Source of the DNA: a virus
Lineage: Duplodnaviria > Caudoviricetes
Strand: one strand, 5' to 3'
DNA length: 34,304 nucleotides
Virus record (IMG/VR): IMGVR_UViG_3300020397_000005
Span: 1-34,304 of that record
Shown piece after piece: positions 27,101 through 34,304 of this stretch. A program made the position numbers and the translations under genes. The notes below the pieces were generated by a model that was not told where the DNA came from, made no database searches, and saw only the letters and a program-made list of their open reading frames with translations. Each line of letters starts with the position of its first letter. The stretch's first letter is position 1.

Positions 27101-27513
27101 TGTCATTTAGATATATAGGCGCATCTCCAGCAGAAGCGACAGGTAGTTTTACTAGCTTAACTGCAACAACAATAACTACAAGCACAGCGGTTGCTGGCAC
27201 AGAAACAAATGCAACTGCTACTGGCAATCTAACGTTAGATTTTAGTGCTAATCAGAATTTTATTTTAACACTGACTGGCAATCTTACTTTAGATAATCCA
27301 ACAACTGAGATTGTCGGGCAGTCTGGTTTTATAGTGTTTATTCAAGATAGCACAGGAGGCCGCACAGTAAGTTTAGATACAGATTATGAAGTTTCAGGAG
27401 GTGGTGGTTCTTTATCATTATCTTCAGCAGCCAGCGCAACGGATATAGTGCCGTATGTCACTATGGCTGATGCTCGTATTTTATTAGGCGCACCACAGTT
27501 AGCGTTTGCATAG
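27100..27513 (+). CDS. Tail-fibre-associated protein
   Basis: LDFSANQNFILTLTGNLTLDNPT..GQSG.I.FIQDSTGGRTVS motif. Confidence 0.7.
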   Translation: MSFRYIGASPAEATGSFTSLTATTITTSTAVAGTETNATATGNLTLDFSANQNFILTLTGNLTLDNPTTEIVGQSGFIVFIQDSTGGRTVSLDTDYEVSGGGGSLSLSSAASATDIVPYVTMADARILLGAPQLAFA

Positions 27514-27522
27514 GGGAAATAT

Positions 27523-30500
27523 ATGTCAGGCCCATTTGGTTCACAGCAATGGATGTATGCAAGCGGTGGGTTTTATCCCTTTGAGATAAACAACTCTCTA
27601 AAGTTTGAGGATGGTGATAGTCCGTACCTAAGCAGAACGCCAGCAACTACTAGCGATAAAACAACATGGACATTTTCAACTTGGTTTAAAAGAGGAAATA
27701 TTAATGCAGATTGTATGATTTTTTCTGCATCTTCTAATTCAACTAATTTATTTTATCTACAAGCAAGAAAAGATAGCAATAGTAATGTAGTAACTGTTAC
27801 TTGGAGACAGGGAAGTAGCACTACAAGAGGGCTTACAACTACTGCAGTATTTAGAGATCCATCAAGTTATTATCATGTTGTTTTAGCTTGTGACACAACT
27901 CAAAGTTCAGCATCTGATAGATTAAAACTTTATATAAATGGTTCTGAAGTAACTTCATTTTCTCTTGATAATAGAAGCACCATTCCTCAAAGTTCAAATT
28001 TAATTGTAAACAGTTCAAACGCCCTACATACCATTGGGGCATATTCTTATTCATTAAGTGCTTATTATGATGGCTATTTAGCTGAAGTAAACTTTATTGA
28101 TGGTACTGCCCTAGACCCATCTAGCTTTGGAGAAACCAAAGAAGGTATCTGGATACCCAAAGACCCAACAGGTTTGACCTACGGCACCAATGGTTTTCGT
28201 TTACCTTTTACAGCAACAACAACCGCTAACGGTTTTAATACAGTTACTTATGAGGGAACTCACCCAACACAACAAAGCGTAGAAGGTGTGGGATTTCAAC
28301 CTGATTTTGTTTGGGTAAAAGAAAGAGATGGTACTGCATCTCATGGACTATTTGATAGTGTAAGAGGGGTAGAAAAAAGATTAAAATCCCAAGCAACTGA
28401 TGCAGAAGCAACATCATCAAATAGTGTAACATCATTTCATAGCGATGGTTTTACCGTTGGAAATAACACTGGCGTAAACAGTGATGGAAAAGACTATGTT
28501 GCATGGTGTTGGGGCGGTGGCACTAACGATAAAACATACACTGTAACTGTTGTTGATGACAGTGGTAACAAATATAGATTTGATGGACATGGGACAAGTT
28601 CGATAGCTCTTAATCTTACTGAGGGCGCTACCTATACATTTAACTATCCATCTGCTCACCCACTTAGATTTTCCACAACGTCAGATGGTACGCATGGCGG
28701 TGGATCAGAATATACCACTGGTGTTACTCACGTAAGCGATACTCAAACAACATTTACTGTACCTTCTGGTGCGCCAGTTTTATATTATTATTGTTCTATC
28801 CACAGCGGCATGGGCGGCCAAGTAAATACCAACACAACAGATGGACCTACTCATGCAGAGGGGACAATACTTTCAAGAACAAAACCAAATGTTGACTATG
28901 GGTTTAGTATTGTTTCTTACACTGGTGATGGCACTAGCAACAATGCAAGAATTGCACATGGTTTAAATTCTGCACCAGAAATGATTATTGCAAAAAAAAG
29001 AAGTGGTACGTCAAATTGGTGGGTTTATCACAAAGATTTAAACGGTGGTACAGACCCATACCATTATTATTTACTTTTAAATAGTACGGATGCTGAAGGT
29101 GACAGATCAGGCTCAACAAATAAAGTATGGGGTACATCTAATCCAGATGCAGACACTTTTGGTGGTGGATTATTTGGGCCTAACGGATCAGGAACTAAAA
29201 TAGCGTATTGTTTTCATAGTGTTGATGGCTATTCAAAGGTAGCAAGCTACACTGGTAACGGATCTGCAACAGGCCCGACAGTTGAGCTTGGATTTAGACC
29301 AGCGTTTCTTTTCGTAAAATCAAGCAGTCTTGCAAAAAACTGGTACATTGTTGACAATACAAGAAGCCCTTCAAATATTGTTAATGATTTTTTAATTCCA
29401 GATTTAAGCAATGCAGAAGCTACATCAGATTTTTGCGACTTCACTTCTACTGGCTTTCAGATAAAAAGCTCAAGTACATCTATAAATAGTTCTGGCGATA
29501 CCTACATCTACCTAGCCATAGCTGACACAAGGGACGCACTGTTTACCTCAGACGCATCTGGCAATGGCAACAACTGGGATGCTAATAATTTACAGCACAG
29601 CGATGTTATGCCTGACACTCCGACTGATGGGTTTGCTGTTTTAAACGGTATCACATCTGGAAGTAGTGTTGGCACTTTGACCGAAGGTAACTTGCAATAT
29701 CAAGGAGCGTCTAGTCAATGGGAAAGTAAAGTATCTACTATTGGGGTAAGTTCTGGCAAGTGGTATTATGAAGTAAACCCAATATCTGGATCATCATCAC
29801 AAGGTATTTTCTATGGCATAATTAATATGTCTGATACTTACCTACTCTCATATCTAGGAAACTATGGTAACTCTTGGGGTTACTATGGATTAAATGGTGC
29901 AAAATATAACAATGCGGCAGGAGTAGCTTACGGTGCTACTGTAGCTGATGGTGACATAGTAGGTGTTGCTCTTGATGTAGATGCTGGGACACTTACGTTT
30001 TATAAAAATGGTGTGTCTCAAGGCGTTGCTTATTCTGGTTTGTCTTTAGGTGGTAGTTACGACACAGAATGGTTTCTGGGTTTGTCTTGTTATGGAACAG
30101 CAAAGGCTGCTATAAACTTTGGACAAGACAGTAGTTTCTCAGGTAGACTTGTCGCTCAAGGCAATGCAGATGATAACGGCAAGGGTGACTTTTACTACGC
30201 ACCACCGTCAGGGCATCTAGCTCTTTGCAATGCTAACCTACCTGATCCAGCTACCGATCCTGCTGCTGGCAACCCCCCAGAAGATAATTTTAATACTGTG
30301 CTGTATAGTGGAACAGGAAGCACAATAGATTTAAACAATGTTGGATTTCAACCTGATTGGGTTTGGATAAAACAAAGAAACCAAGCTAACGAACACGCTT
30401 TGTTTGATAGCATTAGGGGTGGACAAAAGCAGCTATATTCTAACCTTGCTAATGCTGAATACGCTTGGACAACTGGTATTACGTTTGATAGTGCTGGCAT

Positions 30501-31272
30501 TGATATCAGCGCAGATACTCATCAGTATAATGCTTCAGGAAGAACTTATGCGTCATGGCACTGGAAAGCTGGCGGTACTGCTGTTCCAAATGAAGATGGA
30601 GATATTGACACAAACGTATCTGTCAATGATGATGCTGGTTTTTCTATAATAAGTTATACTGGTAATGGCTCAAGTTCTATACAAACAATAGGTCATGGTT
30701 TATCTACAAAACCAGATTTAGCGTTAATCAAAGCTAGAAATCAAAGCTATAATTGGATGGCTCTTTTTGATTGTTTAAATGGTTCTTTTGATTACATCCA
30801 AGGTTTAAATACAACTGCTGTTGCTGCAAATTATTCAGGCACTTTTGCAAATGCAAGCACACTTACGTTGCTTGCTAGTAGTGGAAATGTAAACGGATCG
30901 GGTGAAGATTATATCTGTTATTGTTTTGCATCAAAAGATGGCTTTAGCAGAATGGGTCAGTACATTGGAAACGGTAGTTCTAATGGGCCGTTTATGTACA
31001 CTGGGTTTAGGCCAGCATTTGTTATGGTAAAAGCAGCAACAGGTGCTGTTCAGCACTGGTGGATGTTTGATAATAAGAGAGAGGGTTATAACGTAGACAA
31101 TGATGCTCTTTATGCAAACCTTAATAGTACAGAAGGCACATCAGACGTAATAAATTTTTATTCAAATGGTTTTAAGATAATAAATTCTTCAGCTGCAGTG
31201 AATGGTTCTAATGTTAACTATCTTGTTATGGCCTTTGCAGAACAACCTTTTAAATACAGTAACGCACGATAG
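27523..31272 (+). CDS. Large tail fibre / receptor-binding protein (LamG/ConA-like, SPRY-like, two internal repeats, cupredoxin-like insert)
   Basis: WTFSTWFKRG...FRDPSSYYHVV (LamG); SGKWYYEV...GDIVGVALDVDAGTLTFYKNG (SPRY); VGFQPDxVWxK repeat twice; YYYCSIHSGMGG. Confidence 0.85.
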   Translation: MSGPFGSQQWMYASGGFYPFEINNSLKFEDGDSPYLSRTPATTSDKTTWTFSTWFKRGNINADCMIFSASSNSTNLFYLQARKDSNSNVVTVTWRQGSSTTRGLTTTAVFRDPSSYYHVVLACDTTQSSASDRLKLYINGSEVTSFSLDNRSTIPQSSNLIVNSSNALHTIGAYSYSLSAYYDGYLAEVNFIDGTALDPSSFGETKEGIWIPKDPTGLTYGTNGFRLPFTATTTANGFNTVTYEGTHPTQQSVEGVGFQPDFVWVKERDGTASHGLFDSVRGVEKRLKSQATDAEATSSNSVTSFHSDGFTVGNNTGVNSDGKDYVAWCWGGGTNDKTYTVTVVDDSGNKYRFDGHGTSSIALNLTEGATYTFNYPSAHPLRFSTTSDGTHGGGSEYTTGVTHVSDTQTTFTVPSGAPVLYYYCSIHSGMGGQVNTNTTDGPTHAEGTILSRTKPNVDYGFSIVSYTGDGTSNNARIAHGLNSAPEMIIAKKRSGTSNWWVYHKDLNGGTDPYHYYLLLNSTDAEGDRSGSTNKVWGTSNPDADTFGGGLFGPNGSGTKIAYCFHSVDGYSKVASYTGNGSATGPTVELGFRPAFLFVKSSSLAKNWYIVDNTRSPSNIVNDFLIPDLSNAEATSDFCDFTSTGFQIKSSSTSINSSGDTYIYLAIADTRDALFTSDASGNGNNWDANNLQHSDVMPDTPTDGFAVLNGITSGSSVGTLTEGNLQYQGASSQWESKVSTIGVSSGKWYYEVNPISGSSSQGIFYGIINMSDTYLLSYLGNYGNSWGYYGLNGAKYNNAAGVAYGATVADGDIVGVALDVDAGTLTFYKNGVSQGVAYSGLSLGGSYDTEWFLGLSCYGTAKAAINFGQDSSFSGRLVAQGNADDNGKGDFYYAPPSGHLALCNANLPDPATDPAAGNPPEDNFNTVLYSGTGSTIDLNNVGFQPDWVWIKQRNQANEHALFDSIRGGQKQLYSNLANAEYAWTTGITFDSAGIDISADTHQYNASGRTYASWHWKAGGTAVPNEDGDIDTNVSVNDDAGFSIISYTGNGSSSIQTIGHGLSTKPDLALIKARNQSYNWMALFDCLNGSFDYIQGLNTTAVAANYSGTFANASTLTLLASSGNVNGSGEDYICYCFASKDGFSRMGQYIGNGSSNGPFMYTGFRPAFVMVKAATGAVQHWWMFDNKREGYNVDNDALYANLNSTEGTSDVINFYSNGFKIINSSAAVNGSNVNYLVMAFAEQPFKYSNAR

Positions 31273-31281
31273 GAGAGATCA

Positions 31282-31785
31282 ATGCCTTGGAAATATAGTG
31301 GACGAGTTATTAAAGTTGGTCGATCTTGGACTGACAACGATGGCATCAAGCATCCATACAACTGGAACAATTGGTCAGCTGATGAGAAGGCAGCAAAGGG
31401 TTTGACATGGGAAGATGACCCAGCCCCATATGATAATCGTTTCTACTGGGATGCTGATACACCAAAAGCTTTAGATGATGTAACTAAAGATGGTGAAACA
31501 ACGCTTGGCCTTAAGTCTACATGGAAAGCTATTATTAAAGAACAGGCAAATGGATTGCTACAGCCTACAGATTGGATGGTCGTTAAGGCATCTGAGGTTG
31601 CTGATTATTCTGTGCCTAGCCAGATCTCTACAGATCGAGCAGCTATACGCACTGCTTCAAACACAATCGAAACATCAATAACAAATGCTTCTGATCATGC
31701 TGCATTCATGGCTTTGTTTGATCAACCAGTAGATAGCGATGGCAACCCAACAGGAAACCCACCCATAGCAGATTGGCCTGATTGA
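31282..31785 (+). CDS. Tail-fibre assembly / chaperone-like protein
   Basis: ANGLLQPTDWMVVK...RAAIRT...WP C-terminus; follows the fibre gene. Confidence 0.7.
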   Translation: MPWKYSGRVIKVGRSWTDNDGIKHPYNWNNWSADEKAAKGLTWEDDPAPYDNRFYWDADTPKALDDVTKDGETTLGLKSTWKAIIKEQANGLLQPTDWMVVKASEVADYSVPSQISTDRAAIRTASNTIETSITNASDHAAFMALFDQPVDSDGNPTGNPPIADWPD

Positions 31786-32186
31786 TGGATCTGCCCAAAG
31801 TAAATATCGCCGTTGCTGCTAGTGCGGTCGTGGCTATTGTATCTACTGTGGGCGGTGGTATTTGGTATGCTTCTCAGCAAGCGTCTGTGATTGAAAGCCT
31901 GACAGAACAGGTCAATGTCCTTACCATTGAAAACAATGCAACGGACAGAACAAATCTTATCAGAGATGTAGAGAGAAACCAGGAGAACATTCAGGAGCTA
32001 ATCGATATTCTGGCTGAGTTTTATGAAGATATGGAAGATGCTGACAATGAGATCTGGGATGATGTTGAGATGATCAATGAGGATCTTGGGGGCATGGCTG
32101 CTCACATGATGGAGATTATTAAATTACAATCCAGGGTGGCTATCTTGGAGAAGACAGTAGAGTTTACTCGTAAAGATGGAATGTAA
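31782..32186 (+). CDS. Membrane-anchored coiled-coil protein
   Basis: N-terminal hydrophobic helix then an acidic coiled coil. Confidence 0.65.
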   Translation: MMDLPKVNIAVAASAVVAIVSTVGGGIWYASQQASVIESLTEQVNVLTIENNATDRTNLIRDVERNQENIQELIDILAEFYEDMEDADNEIWDDVEMINEDLGGMAAHMMEIIKLQSRVAILEKTVEFTRKDGM

Positions 32187-32188
32187 GT

Positions 32189-32647
32189 ATGGAAGTATTT
32201 ACGATCCTCGCGGGAATTAAGTCAGGTTTAGCCGCTGGCAAAACAATAGCTAGTTTATCAAAAGAGATTGGCAATTTCTTCGATGCAACAGATCAAGCTA
32301 AAAAAAAGTTACAGAAAAAAGGTATCAGTAGTTCAGACGTTAACTCGATTGCAATGGATCGATGGGCTAAAGAACAGGAAGCTGCCCAGGCTGAAGAAGA
32401 GCTGCGCGAGTGGGTATGTAACAACCTGGGCAAAAGCAAATGGGATCAGCTTCTCCGCATAAGAAAAGAAGTATTGCAAGAGAAGCGCGAGATGGAAGCT
32501 AGGCTGCGGCGTGAGGCTATAGAACGGCAAGAGCTGATGATAACCATAGTCGGAATTTTTGTGCTGCTTGTGTTTACGTTTGTTGGCTCTACGGCCTATC
32601 TGCATTATATGGGGTGGCTAGACATAAGGGATTATATGCCATGGTAA
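32189..32647 (+). CDS. Hypothetical protein with C-terminal TM helix
   Basis: Coiled coil followed by MITIVGIFVLLVFTFVG. Confidence 0.7.
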   Translation: MEVFTILAGIKSGLAAGKTIASLSKEIGNFFDATDQAKKKLQKKGISSSDVNSIAMDRWAKEQEAAQAEEELREWVCNNLGKSKWDQLLRIRKEVLQEKREMEARLRREAIERQELMITIVGIFVLLVFTFVGSTAYLHYMGWLDIRDYMPW

Positions 32648-32832
32648 TGTATGCTTTAGTTTGGTTTCACTTTGTTCGGACAGATCATTTGCAATATTAT
32701 TTGCTGGATACTTACCCTGACCAGGAGGCTTGTGTAGTTGAAAGAGATAAGGCTAAAGTCTTAGTTACTTCCAATGATATGATCTTAGAATGTATTTTGT
32801 TAGATGAGGATAGTCGAGGTAAAGAGAAATAG
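32647..32832 (+). CDS. Small hypothetical protein with two Cys
   Basis: TAATG coupling favours a MYALVWFHF start. Confidence 0.55.
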   Translation: MYALVWFHFVRTDHLQYYLLDTYPDQEACVVERDKAKVLVTSNDMILECILLDEDSRGKEK

Positions 32833-32920
32833 GTTTGTTGTGTACGCAGAAGATGGTAAAGTAATAATACAAACGAGTGACCTTAGAGTTGCCAGGAGAT
32901 TTTTAGATGCCGAAAGCTAA
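32804..32920 (+). CDS. 38-aa hypothetical protein (not in ORF track)
   Basis: MRIVEVKRNRFVVYAEDGKVIIQTSDLRVARRFLDAES bridges the gap between neighbours. Confidence 0.45.
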   Translation: MRIVEVKRNRFVVYAEDGKVIIQTSDLRVARRFLDAES

Positions 32921-33212
32921 GTATGATTTAAATGACAATGGGAAGATAGATCCCGAAGAGCGTGAGATTATGCTCGAAGACAGGCGTAGGATCATGGTTG
33001 ACCAGGACGCCAAGAGAGATGCACAAAGACGTATGGCCTGGTTTAGTTTGACAGGAATGTTATTGTTTCCCTTCGGTGTAGTTTTCACAGAATGGATGGA
33101 GCTGCCGCAAGCCTCGGTGATGTTGTCCAGCATGAGTAATATTTATTACGTTTCGATAGCTGCAATCGTTGCAAGCTATTACGGTTTCACAAACATGGGT
33201 GGTAAAGAATAA
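32907..33212 (+). CDS. Two-TM holin-like protein with an EF-hand-like loop
   Basis: DLNDNGKIDPEE loop followed by two hydrophobic helices; in the lysis cluster. Confidence 0.65.
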   Translation: MPKAKYDLNDNGKIDPEEREIMLEDRRRIMVDQDAKRDAQRRMAWFSLTGMLLFPFGVVFTEWMELPQASVMLSSMSNIYYVSIAAIVASYYGFTNMGGKE

Positions 33213-33601
33213 TGATCGGACAATTATTAGGGCCAATATCTCAGCTGGCTGGCACCTGGTTAAGCGGTAAGGTTGAAGAGAAGGCTGCACAGAACAAGGT
33301 AAAGGTAGCCAAGGCAGAAGCGGAAGCGGCCATAATGGTGTCAGCTGCTACGAGCGAGGCCGAGTGGGATCGCATCATGGCTAACGCCAGCGCTAACTCC
33401 TGGAAAGACGAGTGGTTAACAATCTTGTTTAGCATACCTTTGATACTCGCCTTCTGTGGAGATTGGGGAAGGGGCATAGTGTCGGAAGGCTTCGCCGCTT
33501 TGGAGGCTATGCCGAGCTACTATCAATATACCTTGGGAGTAATCGTATCAGCCTCTTTCGGTGTGAGAGCGGCCACTAAATTTTTTGGAGGCAAAAAATG
33601 A
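33212..33601 (+). CDS. Holin-like membrane protein (GTA 3TM holin-like)
   Basis: SWKDEWLTILFSIPLILAF...GFAALEAMP..YQY.LGVIVSASFGVR; directly upstream of the endolysin. Confidence 0.7.
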   Translation: MIGQLLGPISQLAGTWLSGKVEEKAAQNKVKVAKAEAEAAIMVSAATSEAEWDRIMANASANSWKDEWLTILFSIPLILAFCGDWGRGIVSEGFAALEAMPSYYQYTLGVIVSASFGVRAATKFFGGKK

Positions 33602-34116
33602 AAGACAACTTTGAGAAATCATTAGAGATGTTATTGCATCACGAGGGGGGCTTCGTAAATCACCCAAAAGATCCTGGAGGTGTAACGAACCTGGGAGTTA
33701 CCAAAGCAGTTTATGAGAAGTGGGTCGGTCGGGAAGTATCAATCGAAGAGATGAAAGATTTGACGCACGAAGATGTTGCTCCGATCTACAAGAAAAATTA
33801 TTGGGATAAGTTAAGGGGTGATGATTTACCTGGTGGTCTGGACTTCGCAGCATTTGATTGGGGGGTAAACAGCGGAACCGGACGCCCAGCAAAGGTTATG
33901 CAACGCTACATTGGGGCTGCTCAAGACGGTGCCATAGGGCCAAAGAGCTTGACGTTGATTGCTGAGAATGATCCAGGCAACATCATTCAGTACTTGTATG
34001 AACAGCGTCAGAAGTTTTACGAACGGCTCAAGACGTTTGATACATTTGGCAAGGGTTGGACTAGACGCAACCAAGAAACATTGAAGGCAGCTTTGGAGAT
34101 GGCTAATGAAGCGTAA
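33598..34116 (+). CDS. Endolysin, glycoside hydrolase family 108
   Basis: HEGGFVNHPKDPGGVTNLGVT, FDWGVNSG, DGAIGPKS, FGKGWTRR. Confidence 0.93.
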   Translation: MKDNFEKSLEMLLHHEGGFVNHPKDPGGVTNLGVTKAVYEKWVGREVSIEEMKDLTHEDVAPIYKKNYWDKLRGDDLPGGLDFAAFDWGVNSGTGRPAKVMQRYIGAAQDGAIGPKSLTLIAENDPGNIIQYLYEQRQKFYERLKTFDTFGKGWTRRNQETLKAALEMANEA

Positions 34117-34291
34117 GTTTGCACCAGTTCCAAAGGATAAGAAGTCTGGCATACCCAAGAAATATGTGAAGGGTTCCAAAGATCCTGATGCTACCAGGAG
34201 AGAGATCCTTCGTACCAGGGCATTGTATAAAATGGGTAAGCTTACCCCAGCAATGATGGATAGAATCAGCAAGCAAAGGAGCAAAAGGTAA
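34106..34291 (+). CDS. Small basic protein resembling the N-terminal half of DUF5824-like proteins
   Basis: GIPKKYVKG...REI..TRALYKMGK; stop overlaps the start of 42..245 across the junction. Confidence 0.7.
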   Translation: MKRKFAPVPKDKKSGIPKKYVKGSKDPDATRREILRTRALYKMGKLTPAMMDRISKQRSKR

Positions 34292-34304
34292 TGGCAGCAC
34301 CAGC
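34250..34304. repeat. 55-bp terminal direct repeat (copy 2)
   Basis: Identical to bases 1-55. Confidence 0.95.

Noticed and set aside
27523-31272. Diversity-generating retroelement (given the BPP-1-like architecture and internal repeats)
   Set aside because: No reverse transcriptase is present. The repeats are diverged protein-level duplicates, not adenine-specific TR/VR pairs.
26319-31284. Amber readthrough or recoding: three tail-gene junctions are TAG + 9 nt + in-frame ATG (26321, 27513, 31272)
   Set aside because: Each TAG is part of the next gene's Shine-Dalgarno (TAGGAG/TAGGGG), which constrains the spacing. Genes tile fully under the standard code.
34250-34304. Biological terminal repeat
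   Set aside because: It is exactly 55 bp and lies inside coding sequence, which fits an assembler k-mer overlap better than physical genome ends.
1-34304. tRNA, rRNA, integrase, methyltransferase or auxiliary metabolic genes
   Set aside because: None was recognisable by eye and intergenic space is minimal. Remote homologues cannot be excluded without searches.

Overview
The window is an apparently complete, circularly assembled dsDNA phage genome of about 34.25 kb (bases 1-55 equal 34250-34304). It encodes a T7/BPP-1-like podovirus virion: TerS/TerL, portal, scaffold, capsid, tail tube A/B, large ejected internal proteins and tail fibres. I see no DNA polymerase, primase, helicase, RNA polymerase or integrase. 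This layout resembles marine HTVC010P-type phages, and an alphaproteobacterial host is plausible but only inferred. A short minus-strand early operon (Sak-like recombinase, Gp157, HTH proteins) diverges from one long plus-strand unit at an overlapping promoter pair with a palindromic operator next to a ribbon-helix-helix gene. Signals most worth following up: (1) a near-perfect XerC/XerD dif site just downstream of a replication-initiator gene that carries its own origin (DnaA box, palindromic iterons, AT-rich tract); (2) strong local enrichment of CCWGG; (3) an internal virion protein carrying ParB-like and zeta-toxin-like domains; (4) a structured RNA leader before the capsid gene; (5) a tail fibre with nested insertions including a cupredoxin-like motif; (6) clusters of tiny Lys/Arg-rich proteins, one next to a GNAT acetyltransferase. 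All family assignments come from motif recognition and synteny; no database searches were run.
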